Source: a virus. Taken from it: DNA of 64,000 bases. Positions 51,501 through 62,246 of the stretch are shown in pieces (position 1 is the first letter of the stretch; each line of letters begins with the position of its first letter). Location of the stretch: positions 102,523 through 166,522 of the IMG/VR virus record IMGVR_UViG_3300042691_050360, one strand, 5' to 3'. Made by a program: the position numbers and the translations under genes. The notes below the pieces were generated by a model. That model saw only the letters and a list, made by a program, of their open reading frames with translations. It did no database searches and was not told the DNA's origin.

Positions 51501-54500
51501 CCCCTGCCGCTTTTGTTTATGGCCCCGTTGATGCACTTGGACAATTAATTCTTCCCAATGATTCTTATGTTAGATTCATAAATACTTTCACTACAACACA
51601 AGCTAGTCAAGCTACTGTTTATGATGATTATACTTTTGAAGAGTATACGGGGAAGATTCTGTCCATAGGTTTAACTACTTCAGTCACCTCTCTATCAGAT
51701 GGTAATTATTTAAATCAAAGAGTAAATGCAAGTGGCACCTCTGGGTCTGGTTTAACAGTTGATCTTTCGGTTAAATCAAATGCCATAACAGGCTTGTCTA
51801 TTAACAACCCTGGCTCTGGCTACTCAAACGATCTTTTAGAGCTTTTCACAAATGTAAATGGCACAGAAATAGTCAGACTCCAAAACGCTGTCACCCAGGG
51901 TATTTTTGAGGCAAATGCCGCTTCGCAGTATCTATTATTCAGTAAGCCAGCGGGAGTCAATCCCTCTAGATTGCTTTATGAAACGGAATATAAGACTTTT
52001 TACACAAAGCCTTGGAGTAATTTCCCATTAGTTATTACTAAAATAAATAATTCAATAACAGATTATACTTTTGGATATAATGGCGATCTGGGGCAAATCA
52101 ATTTCACAACATCTGTCCCCAAGCAATATAAAGACTCAGTTACGGTTACGTTAACAAACCAAGGTCAGTATATTTCCGACGTAGGAATTACCCCGCACGG
52201 CGAAGCTTTTAATGTGACAATATCTGATGCGGTACCCGCTGCTGGAATTTCTTCAACTTATGACCCCCTTTCTGCCCCTAATAACTTATTGTTTTTAAAT
52301 AAAATTGATAATACAAAATGGAGCTCAAGTATATCAGTTATTAAGGTTACGGGCCAAAGAGCCCCTACGCCATCTTCGCAATCACAACCTTACACAGAGA
52401 TCATTCAAGTGGGGGTGAGTACACAAAATGGACTAGCCGTATACATAAAATCTAAGCCAACCACTCTCCCTCTTACTCTTGGATCTAATGTTTATGTTGC
52501 AAGACCTTATTCAAATGTTCTTGGCATCGAAGATAAGATTACATTATCTAAATCAAAACTAACTTATCATATGGATTCTGTTAGCCACGCAAATGTTTAT
52601 AATCTTTCAAATGGATTATTAAATGTTGTGCCGGATATTTATGATTATCCTGTTTACCCCAATGAGGTTATCACTGGAGTAAATCGCGGATTACAAAATA
52701 CCATTGCACTTAACAGCTTAACACAATTTGATCCATCCGCAACTTTTATAGGTTACACATTTGGTGTGGATCCCTCGTCTTCAGACGTGGCCGCCGCCCC
52801 CTCCACAATTAATTTGATTCTTGATTTCTCTTACGGCAATAATCCTACATTCGCAACCGATAAGGGCATTTGGCAATATATAAGATCGAATAAATCATGG
52901 ATCAGAGTTGACACAATTGATAATTCTGAGTTGGTATATTTTGCTAATCAAACTCTCACCAACTCCCTTAATCAATCCAATGTGTACGCTGGGACAAACC
53001 AAGGTCTGTATTATCAATACAATGGGTTATATGAGCAGAATCCTCTTTTTGCGGAGCCTTTGCTTAGTATTTCGATGGGGTCTTGGTACACATCAAACAC
53101 CAAAGTCAGGAAGCGTTATGAGGCTTACGGCAAAAGCGATAGCATGTCGTTTGTCTTAAGAACAGAAACTATTGCTACCGGAGAAGTTAATCTTCAAAGT
53201 GATTTCTTTGATGGATATAACATATATTCGATATATTATAATGTTTTTAATCGCTATGATGATAAAGGAAATAAAACAGAGCATCCTGCTATTTATCTTG
53301 CTACAGATAGTAGTGTTTGGGCTTTTACCACAGATGCCTTAACGGGCTCACCCTCTGACCGAGGGCTAGGTCACACCTTGCTTGTCGGACGAGAGATGTT
53401 GGGGGCTAATATAATTAGGAATCCCAATTTGTTAAATCCTGGTTCTATCGGCTTAGCTTCAAAGATATTCACTATCGTTGAGGTTCCTTCGGGTGGAAGA
53501 GCCACATGGCTTGCATTGGGAACGTCGAATGGTGTTTATGTTGTTATTAACTGGAAGCAATGCGATGTAGGCAACCCAGACGGCTTAGACTTCTATCCGC
53601 AGAACTCCGGTAGTAATAACGCAAAGGGGCGTCAGTGTTACAAGATTATAAATAACACGATTGATCCTAGTGGTGCATCTTACTTCATGGCTACTGACAT
53701 AGGCGTGTATAAGTCTACCAATAGATGTTTCGATTGGTCGCCTGTTTCTAAATTTGGAGGACAAGAACTTTCTGTTAGCGACATAACATTCTTCACAAAT
53801 TCCGGCACAGGGTACCTGGTCGCAACTACGAACATAGGGCTTTGGATTTCCGATGACGAAGGTGATTCATGGGTAAAGCTTTCTGAGTATGCAGATGCAA
53901 GCCTTCAGATATTAAATGCACCTACATACGGTGTGTCGCTCGGAGAAACACCCAAGCAAACATTTAGCTCCGTTTCTTCTGGAATAATTTCCAAAGCCTT
54001 TGTGTATTTTAATCCAGTAAATCTATCTGGAATAACCACATTGTATGCATCCATTTCGAATGGCATTGCGATTACGCAATCGCAATCTTTTGTAACTCTC
54101 GGCTCTAGTAGCTATCCAGGAATGTACGGATTTGCATTTACAAACACCCCTTATGTTGCTAACACCTCTTATAGCCTTGGTATTATAACTGGGAACTCTA
54201 CATTCTCTACCCAGATTACTTGGGGATTGTCAAATCTAGATAATCCATTTTCAGGCGGCACTGCTACAACATCTGGTGGGACAATTACAAATAAGGATTT
54301 CTTCTTTAGGATTAACCTTAATACTCCAGCCACTCCTATTGAAACCATCGAGCCTGTTGGATTCTACAATACGAGCTTCCCAGTTGGCTTTGCAAATGGT
54401 AATTGGTCTGGGGCATCTATATCTTCTTCTGGCTATCTGTATTCTAATGTTGGCATCATCTGTAATGTGGTGCTAGATGCATCAAAATCTTTTGAAATTA

Positions 54501-57500
54501 ATGACACCGCTATTATCACGGAATCTGGCGTATCAACATCTTATGTGAGGGAGGCTGTAATTAACTCTCTTGTTCCTAGCGGAATTGACACCAACTGCCT
54601 GTCCACAAGACTACAAAATGGATTGGGTACGAGTAAATTTATAGCTTCTGTTTATGGATTTAACAATAAGATTAATGATTTACTTTTCTTCTCTACAGCG
54701 GATTCTTCCAGCTCATCAAACTGCTTAAATACATCTTCTCAGGTATACCAAGGTTACACAAACAATACAACGGTTATCCAGAATTCTATAGATTATGTGA
54801 GCAATACAGGTAGACTGTCAAGGCTATATGATGCCGTTCAATATAATGCAAGATTGCAATTCCCTGCAATTATTAATGGATACTATTCTGGGAACATCAA
54901 TGAAGTGGATTCAAACTATTTAAATATAGACGCTGTTAAATCAGAATATAAATCTGATTTTGAATTGTTCTTAAATCTGGATTTAACCTTCGCTTCTGGG
55001 TCCACTTACAATATAACGTATCAAGGAAATTCCAATAATTTTGTGTGGGTTGACGGCACATATGAATATAGCATGGTGATTTATTCAGATGGTACATCCT
55101 CAACAACATCTTTCACTTTAAGCCCCGGCAATGGCACACTCGTTAATTCTTATGTTTCCACTCCTTTGTATCTTTATCTGAGTAAAGATTGGAGTTTTGA
55201 TACGTCTATTGATGATTTATCAAGTAGCCAATCAGCTTGGCAACTATCGTCTCAGGCGGTTAATTTAGCATTGACACAATATGCATTTAGTTTTAAGCCT
55301 CTCATCATTGTTACTTCGGATGGAAACGATAATTCTCAAGCTGATGCCATTGGCGTTAATAGCACAATAAAAGTAGCATGGACGGGCTCCGGCACACAAC
55401 TTCTTGTGGTTGAACCATCCAAGTCAGGGAATGAAAATCACCTTCGAGAGATGATCGAAGACACTAATTCAAAAATCTTCAAATATATTTCTTACCCTGA
55501 AGATGATCTTAAGAATATTCTTTTTGAAGAAGATAGTTTGGATTTGTTTACGTCTGTTTGGACTAGGAATTTCGATTATGACTCTCCTACATTTATCAGT
55601 TATATTTTTGCATCCATTAGCACTCCTGGAAATTCCTTAGCTGATGTTTCTTTCAGCTGGTCATCTGATAGAATTAACTTTAGCAATTTTATTTCTTTAG
55701 ATTCAAATACAAAATATAATTTAAATCAGAAAGTTCTAAGTATTTATTACAAAATTAACTTTACTGAAGATTATGCATCTGGTGCTAGAATTTTGCCAGC
55801 AGTTACTAAATTATATCATGTGGTTGTCACTCCTGCGTTGCAAACATATTTGAGTTATCCCCAGAGTGTTACAGGACAAGTTTTTGAAACACTGGCGAAT
55901 GCTTCTTTCACCAATAGCGATCTTGTCAATATCACCCCGATTGTTGGCCGAACATCATCTGCTGACACATCTTACTATAACGAAGTTCAGCTAAACAGAA
56001 ATAGTGCATTACCAAATCTACAGCTTTCATATAGAATTACGCCCCCAGAGTCTGTTACAGGACTTAAATTGTTACCTCTCGTAAATGATGTCACAAATCT
56101 TGGTTACTATATAGTTGATAGTGAAGGTAATCTTTATACATGGACTATTGATGATACATTTAAGTTGTTTGTTACGGGCAATCAAGTTCCTCCATCGCCT
56201 CCTGGTAACTCCTACACCGCTGTTCCAGAAAGCGGAGTTATTTATGTTAATGCTAGTTTGTATACATTCGTGGATGGTGCTTATCTCTATGAGTCTTATT
56301 CAGCATCTATCGACTACATAGAGCGAAGAGAGAGTATAATCGGCGAGCCAACTATTACTTATGATTTCAAAACTTATTATTTTAGAAATGGAAGAATACC
56401 CACAGATGCTCAAGTTGTTATTCTTGTAAATCAAGAAGTTTACAAAGGAAATTATATTATCAGTGCTTATGATGGAACTGTCACGTTTGCCAAGACTTTG
56501 AATAGCACAGATTATGTTACCGCTTTTGTGAAATTCGCAGATGAATTCCGAGCAGGTCTTCAAATTGAAACATATTCCCCCGACAGTCTTTCCCTTCAAA
56601 GTTACAATTTTACATACACCAGTGTCCCGGATTTGCCTACATATTCTCAATCATTTGGCTACACTCAGCCGATTCTAATTGGCTCGCCATTGCTTTCTCC
56701 AAGCTTCCCTAACTTAGATCAGCAAATGAGTGTTTCGTATAATTATTTTGATGATTTCTTGGCACCAGAAAATAACACACAGATTAATTGGTGGAGGCAA
56801 AGAACTGGCATAGAGTATGTAACATTTAATCCTTCTCAAAGTCTGTCTGTCACAGGCGGCAGCTTATTTGGAGTTAACACGGTTAGTGTAAAATCATTTT
56901 ACAATCAGGATGTCGCCCCATTTATACTATCTGTGACTATTAATTCCACAGGAATTGCCACAAACATTATTAGTGTTTTGATCACGGACAGAGGTGCTGG
57001 TTTTATAGGAACCGGCACCAGTCTAGAAACAACAAGTATCTTGTCTCTTTCCAGCGGTGCAGGCAATATTGCTTTTTCTAATCTTGGGGTTGCTCTAACA
57101 GCATATACTCTTATTCCTTCATACACACCGGGGTTTGCTACTACCAGTGGCTTTGTTAGAATTAACCCATCTAGCCCCATTGGATACGCAAATACCCTTC
57201 TGGGCTTTAGCGGCTCACCTGTAATCACTCCTATGCCAAATTATGACGGAAGATTGTTTGAAAGAAGTGAAGATATATCAGCACGAACTTTATTTGACGC
57301 CAGAGATTTAATTTACGTTCAGGTCACACCCAGCAATGGTGTTAACGCGGGCAATTTGTACCAATCCAACACAATAACTATTCAGCCTTATTATACTCCC
57401 GTGATAAGCGGGTTGTCAATCGTTGGATCTATATCATCTTATAATGGAATCAGCACTTCATTATCTGTTGATAATGGGCAAGACCAGGTGGGAATATACA

Positions 57501-57724
57501 GTTATTTCTATGCCGCGAATCCATACACTCAGAACACCTCAATAAGCTGGTATAAACTTTCCACAACCAACCCAATCTTGATATCTAATTCCGCTACTTT
57601 GTCAAGTAGCTTAATTACTGTTTCTGATCAAATTTTTTATACTGCATATCCAGGCGTGATCAGATCTGATGGTACTATCGGCTTTGGTCAGACTGTGAGC
57701 TCTGATGTGTTCGCTGTTATCTAA
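48524..57724 (+). CDS. giant virion protein (3066 aa) with BNR/Asp-box repeats and a VWA-like domain
   Basis: Asp-boxes SQDFGITY and SDDEGDSW; VVLDASKSF and IIVTSDGND. N-terminus is homologous to that of 18963..24002. Confidence 0.8.
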   Translation: MSKLTPIYNFLYLEDGDIIYPGYDQDNMTTAENQIFGMYDYLGQGVISGWTIHWMGCTTDAYVLQQRQALIDAYRTDPFSYLALQYQSLDYPVTEDDWNQCIVVSTGLGIVGVYHAATEYPSFFRFTATGQFYVWAEKNVCTNTEYLCSIVAPQYPDEDYDLTNPAIYLGEVFTNTVSSKITVTQIIYSERRRELKNAQGDIQRLLNQALVNHVHSGEGDMPSKINLNTNLTINISIVEFSNTFTIVYPSGFLASNYSIPQVFLNSTLLLPEQYQISGNLIYLQNSIPISSTLQIVYQIAPGPNIFITGSLTPPRTARTLSFDTVYYLTNGSTRTLSEDQQEFVVWSWSDEEYSKIQVYLNSEILDPTTYNLYQVSNSINSGGRLQFTGPILPSISNFTELDIVVKFTTPSFQVENELSSDRIKSINASAFSRGTVPTSRLSGLSHLGLLRVDAPAIIIPYKKLLDSGDHIRFYPEIDSLIQHSDYIVHGSAVRYIKLDAAESSTPPRILVSTPNGLYATSDSPVNFEKIVQLPWNSDNGLADVFSENYFGNFITYRLPNFDTQSLNPKNFWALSKSKNQFTNILYISQDFGITYAKVNLPFTSANQIVTINDFIYTVDVFQFTTGSVILTPRLDVRYVYYMACTDGLYTSTLSKNQNKTRPIWTTPSKNTTDAATGSINKISEAVNVGTTTTTYSGGLTERTYVNYRNLYAACDEGLFVFDGTNGSIFSTNSTEYNVGGGAFNFVSWLGLESSSNTIFGVIWGDGYGIYYSNSGQQITTSSSSSSSTTTTVTYNQPLTNGNSNLVTVNCATSSPLVITDIVTFIDNHQLTNGDLVLVKNQEQPSENGIYIWSVATQTLLKQSTGSSKVYVLNGNQSETEWIEIQPPQENPQSREYKLWFANIIPLEAGDNIVDTKPNNSGRSGYDSSFFVCTTKYIYRVFNSSASGYLPLVEQINWDYENNGLITGIQHLGVSDPENGLLIVFTENGIFKSTPAAFVYGPVDALGQLILPNDSYVRFINTFTTTQASQATVYDDYTFEEYTGKILSIGLTTSVTSLSDGNYLNQRVNASGTSGSGLTVDLSVKSNAITGLSINNPGSGYSNDLLELFTNVNGTEIVRLQNAVTQGIFEANAASQYLLFSKPAGVNPSRLLYETEYKTFYTKPWSNFPLVITKINNSITDYTFGYNGDLGQINFTTSVPKQYKDSVTVTLTNQGQYISDVGITPHGEAFNVTISDAVPAAGISSTYDPLSAPNNLLFLNKIDNTKWSSSISVIKVTGQRAPTPSSQSQPYTEIIQVGVSTQNGLAVYIKSKPTTLPLTLGSNVYVARPYSNVLGIEDKITLSKSKLTYHMDSVSHANVYNLSNGLLNVVPDIYDYPVYPNEVITGVNRGLQNTIALNSLTQFDPSATFIGYTFGVDPSSSDVAAAPSTINLILDFSYGNNPTFATDKGIWQYIRSNKSWIRVDTIDNSELVYFANQTLTNSLNQSNVYAGTNQGLYYQYNGLYEQNPLFAEPLLSISMGSWYTSNTKVRKRYEAYGKSDSMSFVLRTETIATGEVNLQSDFFDGYNIYSIYYNVFNRYDDKGNKTEHPAIYLATDSSVWAFTTDALTGSPSDRGLGHTLLVGREMLGANIIRNPNLLNPGSIGLASKIFTIVEVPSGGRATWLALGTSNGVYVVINWKQCDVGNPDGLDFYPQNSGSNNAKGRQCYKIINNTIDPSGASYFMATDIGVYKSTNRCFDWSPVSKFGGQELSVSDITFFTNSGTGYLVATTNIGLWISDDEGDSWVKLSEYADASLQILNAPTYGVSLGETPKQTFSSVSSGIISKAFVYFNPVNLSGITTLYASISNGIAITQSQSFVTLGSSSYPGMYGFAFTNTPYVANTSYSLGIITGNSTFSTQITWGLSNLDNPFSGGTATTSGGTITNKDFFFRINLNTPATPIETIEPVGFYNTSFPVGFANGNWSGASISSSGYLYSNVGIICNVVLDASKSFEINDTAIITESGVSTSYVREAVINSLVPSGIDTNCLSTRLQNGLGTSKFIASVYGFNNKINDLLFFSTADSSSSSNCLNTSSQVYQGYTNNTTVIQNSIDYVSNTGRLSRLYDAVQYNARLQFPAIINGYYSGNINEVDSNYLNIDAVKSEYKSDFELFLNLDLTFASGSTYNITYQGNSNNFVWVDGTYEYSMVIYSDGTSSTTSFTLSPGNGTLVNSYVSTPLYLYLSKDWSFDTSIDDLSSSQSAWQLSSQAVNLALTQYAFSFKPLIIVTSDGNDNSQADAIGVNSTIKVAWTGSGTQLLVVEPSKSGNENHLREMIEDTNSKIFKYISYPEDDLKNILFEEDSLDLFTSVWTRNFDYDSPTFISYIFASISTPGNSLADVSFSWSSDRINFSNFISLDSNTKYNLNQKVLSIYYKINFTEDYASGARILPAVTKLYHVVVTPALQTYLSYPQSVTGQVFETLANASFTNSDLVNITPIVGRTSSADTSYYNEVQLNRNSALPNLQLSYRITPPESVTGLKLLPLVNDVTNLGYYIVDSEGNLYTWTIDDTFKLFVTGNQVPPSPPGNSYTAVPESGVIYVNASLYTFVDGAYLYESYSASIDYIERRESIIGEPTITYDFKTYYFRNGRIPTDAQVVILVNQEVYKGNYIISAYDGTVTFAKTLNSTDYVTAFVKFADEFRAGLQIETYSPDSLSLQSYNFTYTSVPDLPTYSQSFGYTQPILIGSPLLSPSFPNLDQQMSVSYNYFDDFLAPENNTQINWWRQRTGIEYVTFNPSQSLSVTGGSLFGVNTVSVKSFYNQDVAPFILSVTINSTGIATNIISVLITDRGAGFIGTGTSLETTSILSLSSGAGNIAFSNLGVALTAYTLIPSYTPGFATTSGFVRINPSSPIGYANTLLGFSGSPVITPMPNYDGRLFERSEDISARTLFDARDLIYVQVTPSNGVNAGNLYQSNTITIQPYYTPVISGLSIVGSISSYNGISTSLSVDNGQDQVGIYSYFYAANPYTQNTSISWYKLSTTNPILISNSATLSSSLITVSDQIFYTAYPGVIRSDGTIGFGQTVSSDVFAVI

Positions 57725-57759
57725 GAGGATTTGGCTCAGAATTTCTTTAAAAAGATAAC

Positions 57760-58686
57760 ATGCCTGATAAAATTCGTTTCATCCCTGATTTGAAAGACAA
57801 AATCATTAACACAGTTAGTGTTCTTACAAATCAGCAGAACTGGGGGCTGGGTTTTATAAATGCACAAGAAGCATGGAATCACAGCAAGGGCGAGGGCGTC
57901 AAGGTTGCAGTTATAGACACTGGTTGGTCAAATCATAAAGATTTGGTACCTAATTTCATTGAAGGACATGATGCAACTGGCGGGAATGATTTCATAGACC
58001 ATAACAATTTCCACGGCGTACATGTGGCAGGTATTATTGCCGCGAATTGTGGAGGTGGTGTAGGGGTTATGGGCGTGGCACCGGCGGCGAAACTTATACC
58101 TATAAAAGCTCTGTCAGATGATGGGTCAGGTTCCTTCGATTATATCATTAAAGCTCTAGATATAGCAAGAAACCTAGACGTAGATGTAATCAATATGTCT
58201 CTAGGCACACCTGTTGATCCAGGTGATTCTAAGATGAGAAATCTTATTCAGGAAATTGCAAAACAAGGAAAAATTGTAGTTTGTGCGAGCGGAAATGATG
58301 GAGCCACTGTTAATTTTCCAGCAAAATATGACGAAGTAATTGCTGTTGCAGCAGTTGAATCCAGCGGACAATTAGCTAAATTTTCATCAAGGGGGCCGGA
58401 ATTAGACACCGCAGCACCAGGTGTAAAGATATATTCTACTTGGGGAAATAATCAATACACAAATTTAGATGGAACATCGATGGCTTGTCCATGCATTTCT
58501 GGAATGATTGCCCTGATTCTTTCATGGTATAAACTTAATCCTGATCCGAGTTTTATTAAAGATTACAAAAATATGATAAAATTGCTTTACGATCTGGGCG
58601 AGGCGTCTATCATTCAAACAAATGAGTATAATATAGGCGTACCCAAGTTTGCAAACTTTAATCCATGGAAGCCCGTAAATGCCTGA
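57760..58686 (+). CDS. subtilisin-family (S8) serine protease
   Basis: VAVIDTG, HGVHVAGII, ASGNDG and GTSMACP give a complete triad plus the oxyanion Asn. Confidence 0.95.
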   Translation: MPDKIRFIPDLKDKIINTVSVLTNQQNWGLGFINAQEAWNHSKGEGVKVAVIDTGWSNHKDLVPNFIEGHDATGGNDFIDHNNFHGVHVAGIIAANCGGGVGVMGVAPAAKLIPIKALSDDGSGSFDYIIKALDIARNLDVDVINMSLGTPVDPGDSKMRNLIQEIAKQGKIVVCASGNDGATVNFPAKYDEVIAVAAVESSGQLAKFSSRGPELDTAAPGVKIYSTWGNNQYTNLDGTSMACPCISGMIALILSWYKLNPDPSFIKDYKNMIKLLYDLGEASIIQTNEYNIGVPKFANFNPWKPVNA

Positions 58687-59299
58687 AAAAGTAAAAGACA
58701 CTATACAAGAAGTTATTGATTCTTCAATTCCTGCATCTTGCACCATTTACTGCAAAACCCGAAAGCAGCAATGGTCTGGTAGTGGATTTCACATCGGCAA
58801 CGGTTATGTCTGTACAGCGGCTCATGTTTGCACCCCCGATCTCATCAATGAGGGTGAAGTTTCAATTACGTTCGATCAAAAAACATTCTTCAATGTCTCG
58901 GTTTTAAAAAGTGATCCAAATGTTGACTCGGCCATCCTCTCCATCAAAGGAGATTATGGAGATCTTCCGGGGGTTATGCTTGCTAATTCAGATTCTGTTT
59001 CGGTAGGCGAGATATGTGCTGTTATTGGTGCCCCAGAAGGCTGGAGCGACACTGTAACTGTTGGGCGTGTCTCAAACGTCAATCAGTCTATGGGGGATCA
59101 GGCACCCACTCCGGCCTGGAATGATGTCATCTTCGTGGATGCTAAAATATTACAAGGCGTTTCGGGTGGAATGTGTATAGGAACCGATGGATTGGTGATT
59201 GGCTCGATTATAGGAGTTACCGGTTCTCTAGCCGAGTATGGGATTGGGCAGAATGTTGTTTGCCCATCAAACAAAATAATCAATCTATTGAAGTCTTGA
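58679..59299 (+). CDS. trypsin-like (S1C/HtrA-type) serine protease without PDZ domain
   Basis: GSGF, TAAHV, DSAIL, VTVGRVS and QGVSGG motifs. Confidence 0.9.
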   Translation: MPEKVKDTIQEVIDSSIPASCTIYCKTRKQQWSGSGFHIGNGYVCTAAHVCTPDLINEGEVSITFDQKTFFNVSVLKSDPNVDSAILSIKGDYGDLPGVMLANSDSVSVGEICAVIGAPEGWSDTVTVGRVSNVNQSMGDQAPTPAWNDVIFVDAKILQGVSGGMCIGTDGLVIGSIIGVTGSLAEYGIGQNVVCPSNKIINLLKS

Positions 59300-59321
59300 C
59301 AATCTGTACAATATAAACATA

Positions 59322-60302
59322 ATGGATTATTATGCAATTTTAGGTGTGGCTAGAACAGCTTCACAAGAAGAAATAAAAAAAGCATACAGAAACTTGGCTA
59401 AACAATATCATCCAGATGTAAATCCCGGTGACACACAAGCTGAAGCTAAATTCAAAGAAGCTTCGGAGGCATATGAGGCTTTGTCCGATGAACAGAAGCG
59501 GGCGAATTACGATCAGTTTGGCAATACTACTGGCCCCACTGGATTTGGTGGTGGTGGCTTTGGGGGATTCGATCCATTTAGCGGATTTGGTGACGGTTCT
59601 ATTTTTGAAGAATTTTTTGGTCGCCCAAAGGCACATGTCGGCAATACTGACATTAACCTATCTGTTGATATAGCATTGAAAGACTTCGTTCTAGGCGGAA
59701 AAGTGAAAATTTCCTTCCAGAGGGTTATTTTCTGTGGCACTTGTAATGGCCAAGGAGGAACTGATGTTTCAACCTGTCAGCAATGTAATGGTAAGGGCTC
59801 CCAAGTCATGTCGGTTCAGAATGGCCCGTTTATTGTTCAGCAAATACTTCAGTGTAATTCATGCCAAGGTAAAGGCAAGACTGTAAAGAATGTTTGTCAA
59901 GATTGTGTGGGGGTGGGGAATAAAAATAATCTCGAAACGATAGATATTGAAATTCAGAAAAATTGCCCATTGCTTGCAACCCTTCAAATAGCCAATTATG
60001 GTAATCAAGAAAAGATTAATCACATGCCTGGTTCACTATTTGTTAAACTAAACCCAATCTTAACTCCCGATTTAAATTGTAGAAATGACGGAGATGTTAT
60101 TTCATTAAAAGAAATCTCTATGGAAGATTGGTATAATAACAGCACAGTGAATATAAATAGATTTGGAATTGAAGATATTAGCTATGATTTATCAAACTTG
60201 AGATCTTCAAATCAAGCAGTAACATTTGCTGGAAAAGGCGTAAATAGTGCAAATAATAACAGAATTGGGAATTTAGTCGTGGAATTCAGAATAAACAAAT
60301 AA
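59322..60302 (+). CDS. dnaJ: DnaJ (class A Hsp40)
   Basis: J-domain with HPD, G/F region and four CxxCxGxG motifs. Confidence 0.95.
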   Translation: MDYYAILGVARTASQEEIKKAYRNLAKQYHPDVNPGDTQAEAKFKEASEAYEALSDEQKRANYDQFGNTTGPTGFGGGGFGGFDPFSGFGDGSIFEEFFGRPKAHVGNTDINLSVDIALKDFVLGGKVKISFQRVIFCGTCNGQGGTDVSTCQQCNGKGSQVMSVQNGPFIVQQILQCNSCQGKGKTVKNVCQDCVGVGNKNNLETIDIEIQKNCPLLATLQIANYGNQEKINHMPGSLFVKLNPILTPDLNCRNDGDVISLKEISMEDWYNNSTVNINRFGIEDISYDLSNLRSSNQAVTFAGKGVNSANNNRIGNLVVEFRINK

Positions 60303-60313
60303 GGAGGAAAAAT

Positions 60314-60517
60314 ATGTCAATGATTAAAAGAGCACATTCAGGCGAAATCGAAGAGCTGGCAGGCGAAGGGATTGTACCTGAGCAAACAGCACCCGCAATG
60401 GAATGGGCACCAGATGTTGTCATCAAGGACGTTCTTGATGTTCCAACATCGAAAGAGAGCAACATCGACATCAATCTTGATGAAGATGATGAAGATGAAA
60501 TCGCCGTGAGAGTCTAA
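60314..60517 (+). CDS. small acidic hypothetical protein (67 aa)
   Basis: Strong SD AAGGAGG before the ATG. Confidence 0.75.
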   Translation: MSMIKRAHSGEIEELAGEGIVPEQTAPAMEWAPDVVIKDVLDVPTSKESNIDINLDEDDEDEIAVRV

Positions 60518-60547
60518 AATTAGCCGCTTTTATTTCGTATAATAATA

Positions 60548-62188
60548 GTGGTTTGTTTTAAACTAAATAATGACTATGTTACTGTCTCTGGGGACTACCC
60601 AAATACAGCCATGAGCATTATTACCGACCAATGTTCTTACACAGTCCCATCTGCCGAATGGAGTTTGAAATATCAAACTGGAGGATGGGACGGTAAGATC
60701 TCCCTTTTTAATAAAAGGTTGATGACTTTCCCTGCGGGCTTACTCCCCGTAGTTTTAGATAAGTTAAAAGATTCAAATATAGAATACACGGTAGAAAACG
60801 CCAGATTCAAGCCCAATGTGGAAAAGAAAGCTGTTGTTGATCTAGGGCCTCACTCGTTTAGAGATTATCAAGAAGAGGCTATCAGGAAGATTAAGGAAAA
60901 AACACGCGGGATTTTAGCTATGTGTACTGGTGCTGGAAAGACCAAGACATCGTGCGGAATTATATCTGAGCTTTCTGTTTACCCTGTCATTTTTGTTGTC
61001 CCATCTGTTTCATTGTTAAAACAGACCGTGAGGGAGTTCAATGACTCCCTAAAGCCTTTAACTGATGATTTCTTTATTGGAGAGATAGGTGGTGGGAAAT
61101 GCGACATAGCTCCAGGCGGAGTTAATGTCGCTACCTATCAAACTCTGCTCACTGCGTTTGATAGAAAATATTCTGAAAGTAAAAAGAAAGTGGTGGATAT
61201 CGAAAACGACAAAACTAGCCTGGATAGTCTTTTAGGACAAATGAAAATCCTCTCTATTGATTTGCTCAATTCACCGGCAGCGAAACACAAGTCTATTGAG
61301 AAAAAGATTAAAGATGTAAAGAAGAAGATCGAAGGCAAGCAAAAAATGCTTCAAAGCAAAGCCGATTTAAGAGATCTTGTGTCCAAATGCCAACTTCTTA
61401 TTATTGATGAAACTCACATTGCCGCTGAGATTATTGAAGAAATATCCCTGAAGGCGAAGAGTGCCTATTATAAGTGTGGTCTTTCAGGAACTCCTCAACG
61501 CATGGACAATCAGGATATCAGGATGTTTGGTGCCACAGGTCCCGTTATTCACAAAGTAACCTCATCTGACCTAATCAAGAGAGGCTTTCTGGTTCGCCCA
61601 TCGATTTATTGCATTGATGTTGAGTTCATCGACAAAACATCTGTATCATATCAAGAAACTTATAAAAATGCGATTGTTCAAAGCCAGCAAAGAAATGAAC
61701 TTATAAGGGATTTGGCTGAAGATATGCACTCACAGGGTAGACCCACCCTCATCATGGTTGAGAGGATAGAGCATGGTAAATTACTGGAAGAGATGATTGA
61801 AAACTGCCTCTTTGTCCCTGGCGGGGATGGATCTGATGATAAGCCTATACCCGACGAAGAATTGGACTACAGAAAATATCAACTTGATAGACTTGAGAAA
61901 AATGAGATAATTATGTGTGCCACATCATGGTGCTTTACAGGAATTGATGCACCAAAGATAAGCTGTATTATTCTCGCTTGTTCGCTCGGTTCACCCAATA
62001 CAATAACTCAGCAACTTGGTCGAGGTCTTCGAAAAGCAGATGGTAAATCAGATTGTGTTGTCTTTGATTTCAAGCATAAAGAAAAAAGCTTGAAATCACA
62101 ATTCTATTCTAGAAACAAAGTTTACAAGAGTGAAGAAGAATTTTATGTGAAAAGTTTTAAATATAAAGATGGATATTCTAGCAATTGA
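60548..62188 (+). CDS. superfamily 2 helicase (UvsW/XPB-like)
   Basis: FRDYQEEA Q-motif, MCTGAGKT, IIDETH, GLSGTP, TGIDAP and QQLGRGLR. Confidence 0.9.
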   Translation: MVCFKLNNDYVTVSGDYPNTAMSIITDQCSYTVPSAEWSLKYQTGGWDGKISLFNKRLMTFPAGLLPVVLDKLKDSNIEYTVENARFKPNVEKKAVVDLGPHSFRDYQEEAIRKIKEKTRGILAMCTGAGKTKTSCGIISELSVYPVIFVVPSVSLLKQTVREFNDSLKPLTDDFFIGEIGGGKCDIAPGGVNVATYQTLLTAFDRKYSESKKKVVDIENDKTSLDSLLGQMKILSIDLLNSPAAKHKSIEKKIKDVKKKIEGKQKMLQSKADLRDLVSKCQLLIIDETHIAAEIIEEISLKAKSAYYKCGLSGTPQRMDNQDIRMFGATGPVIHKVTSSDLIKRGFLVRPSIYCIDVEFIDKTSVSYQETYKNAIVQSQQRNELIRDLAEDMHSQGRPTLIMVERIEHGKLLEEMIENCLFVPGGDGSDDKPIPDEELDYRKYQLDRLEKNEIIMCATSWCFTGIDAPKISCIILACSLGSPNTITQQLGRGLRKADGKSDCVVFDFKHKEKSLKSQFYSRNKVYKSEEEFYVKSFKYKDGYSSN

Positions 62189-62246
62189 AATGTCACTTCC
62201 TAGTAGGCTATTAGCTCTTTTAGCTGTAAAATATTTGTAGGAGATC

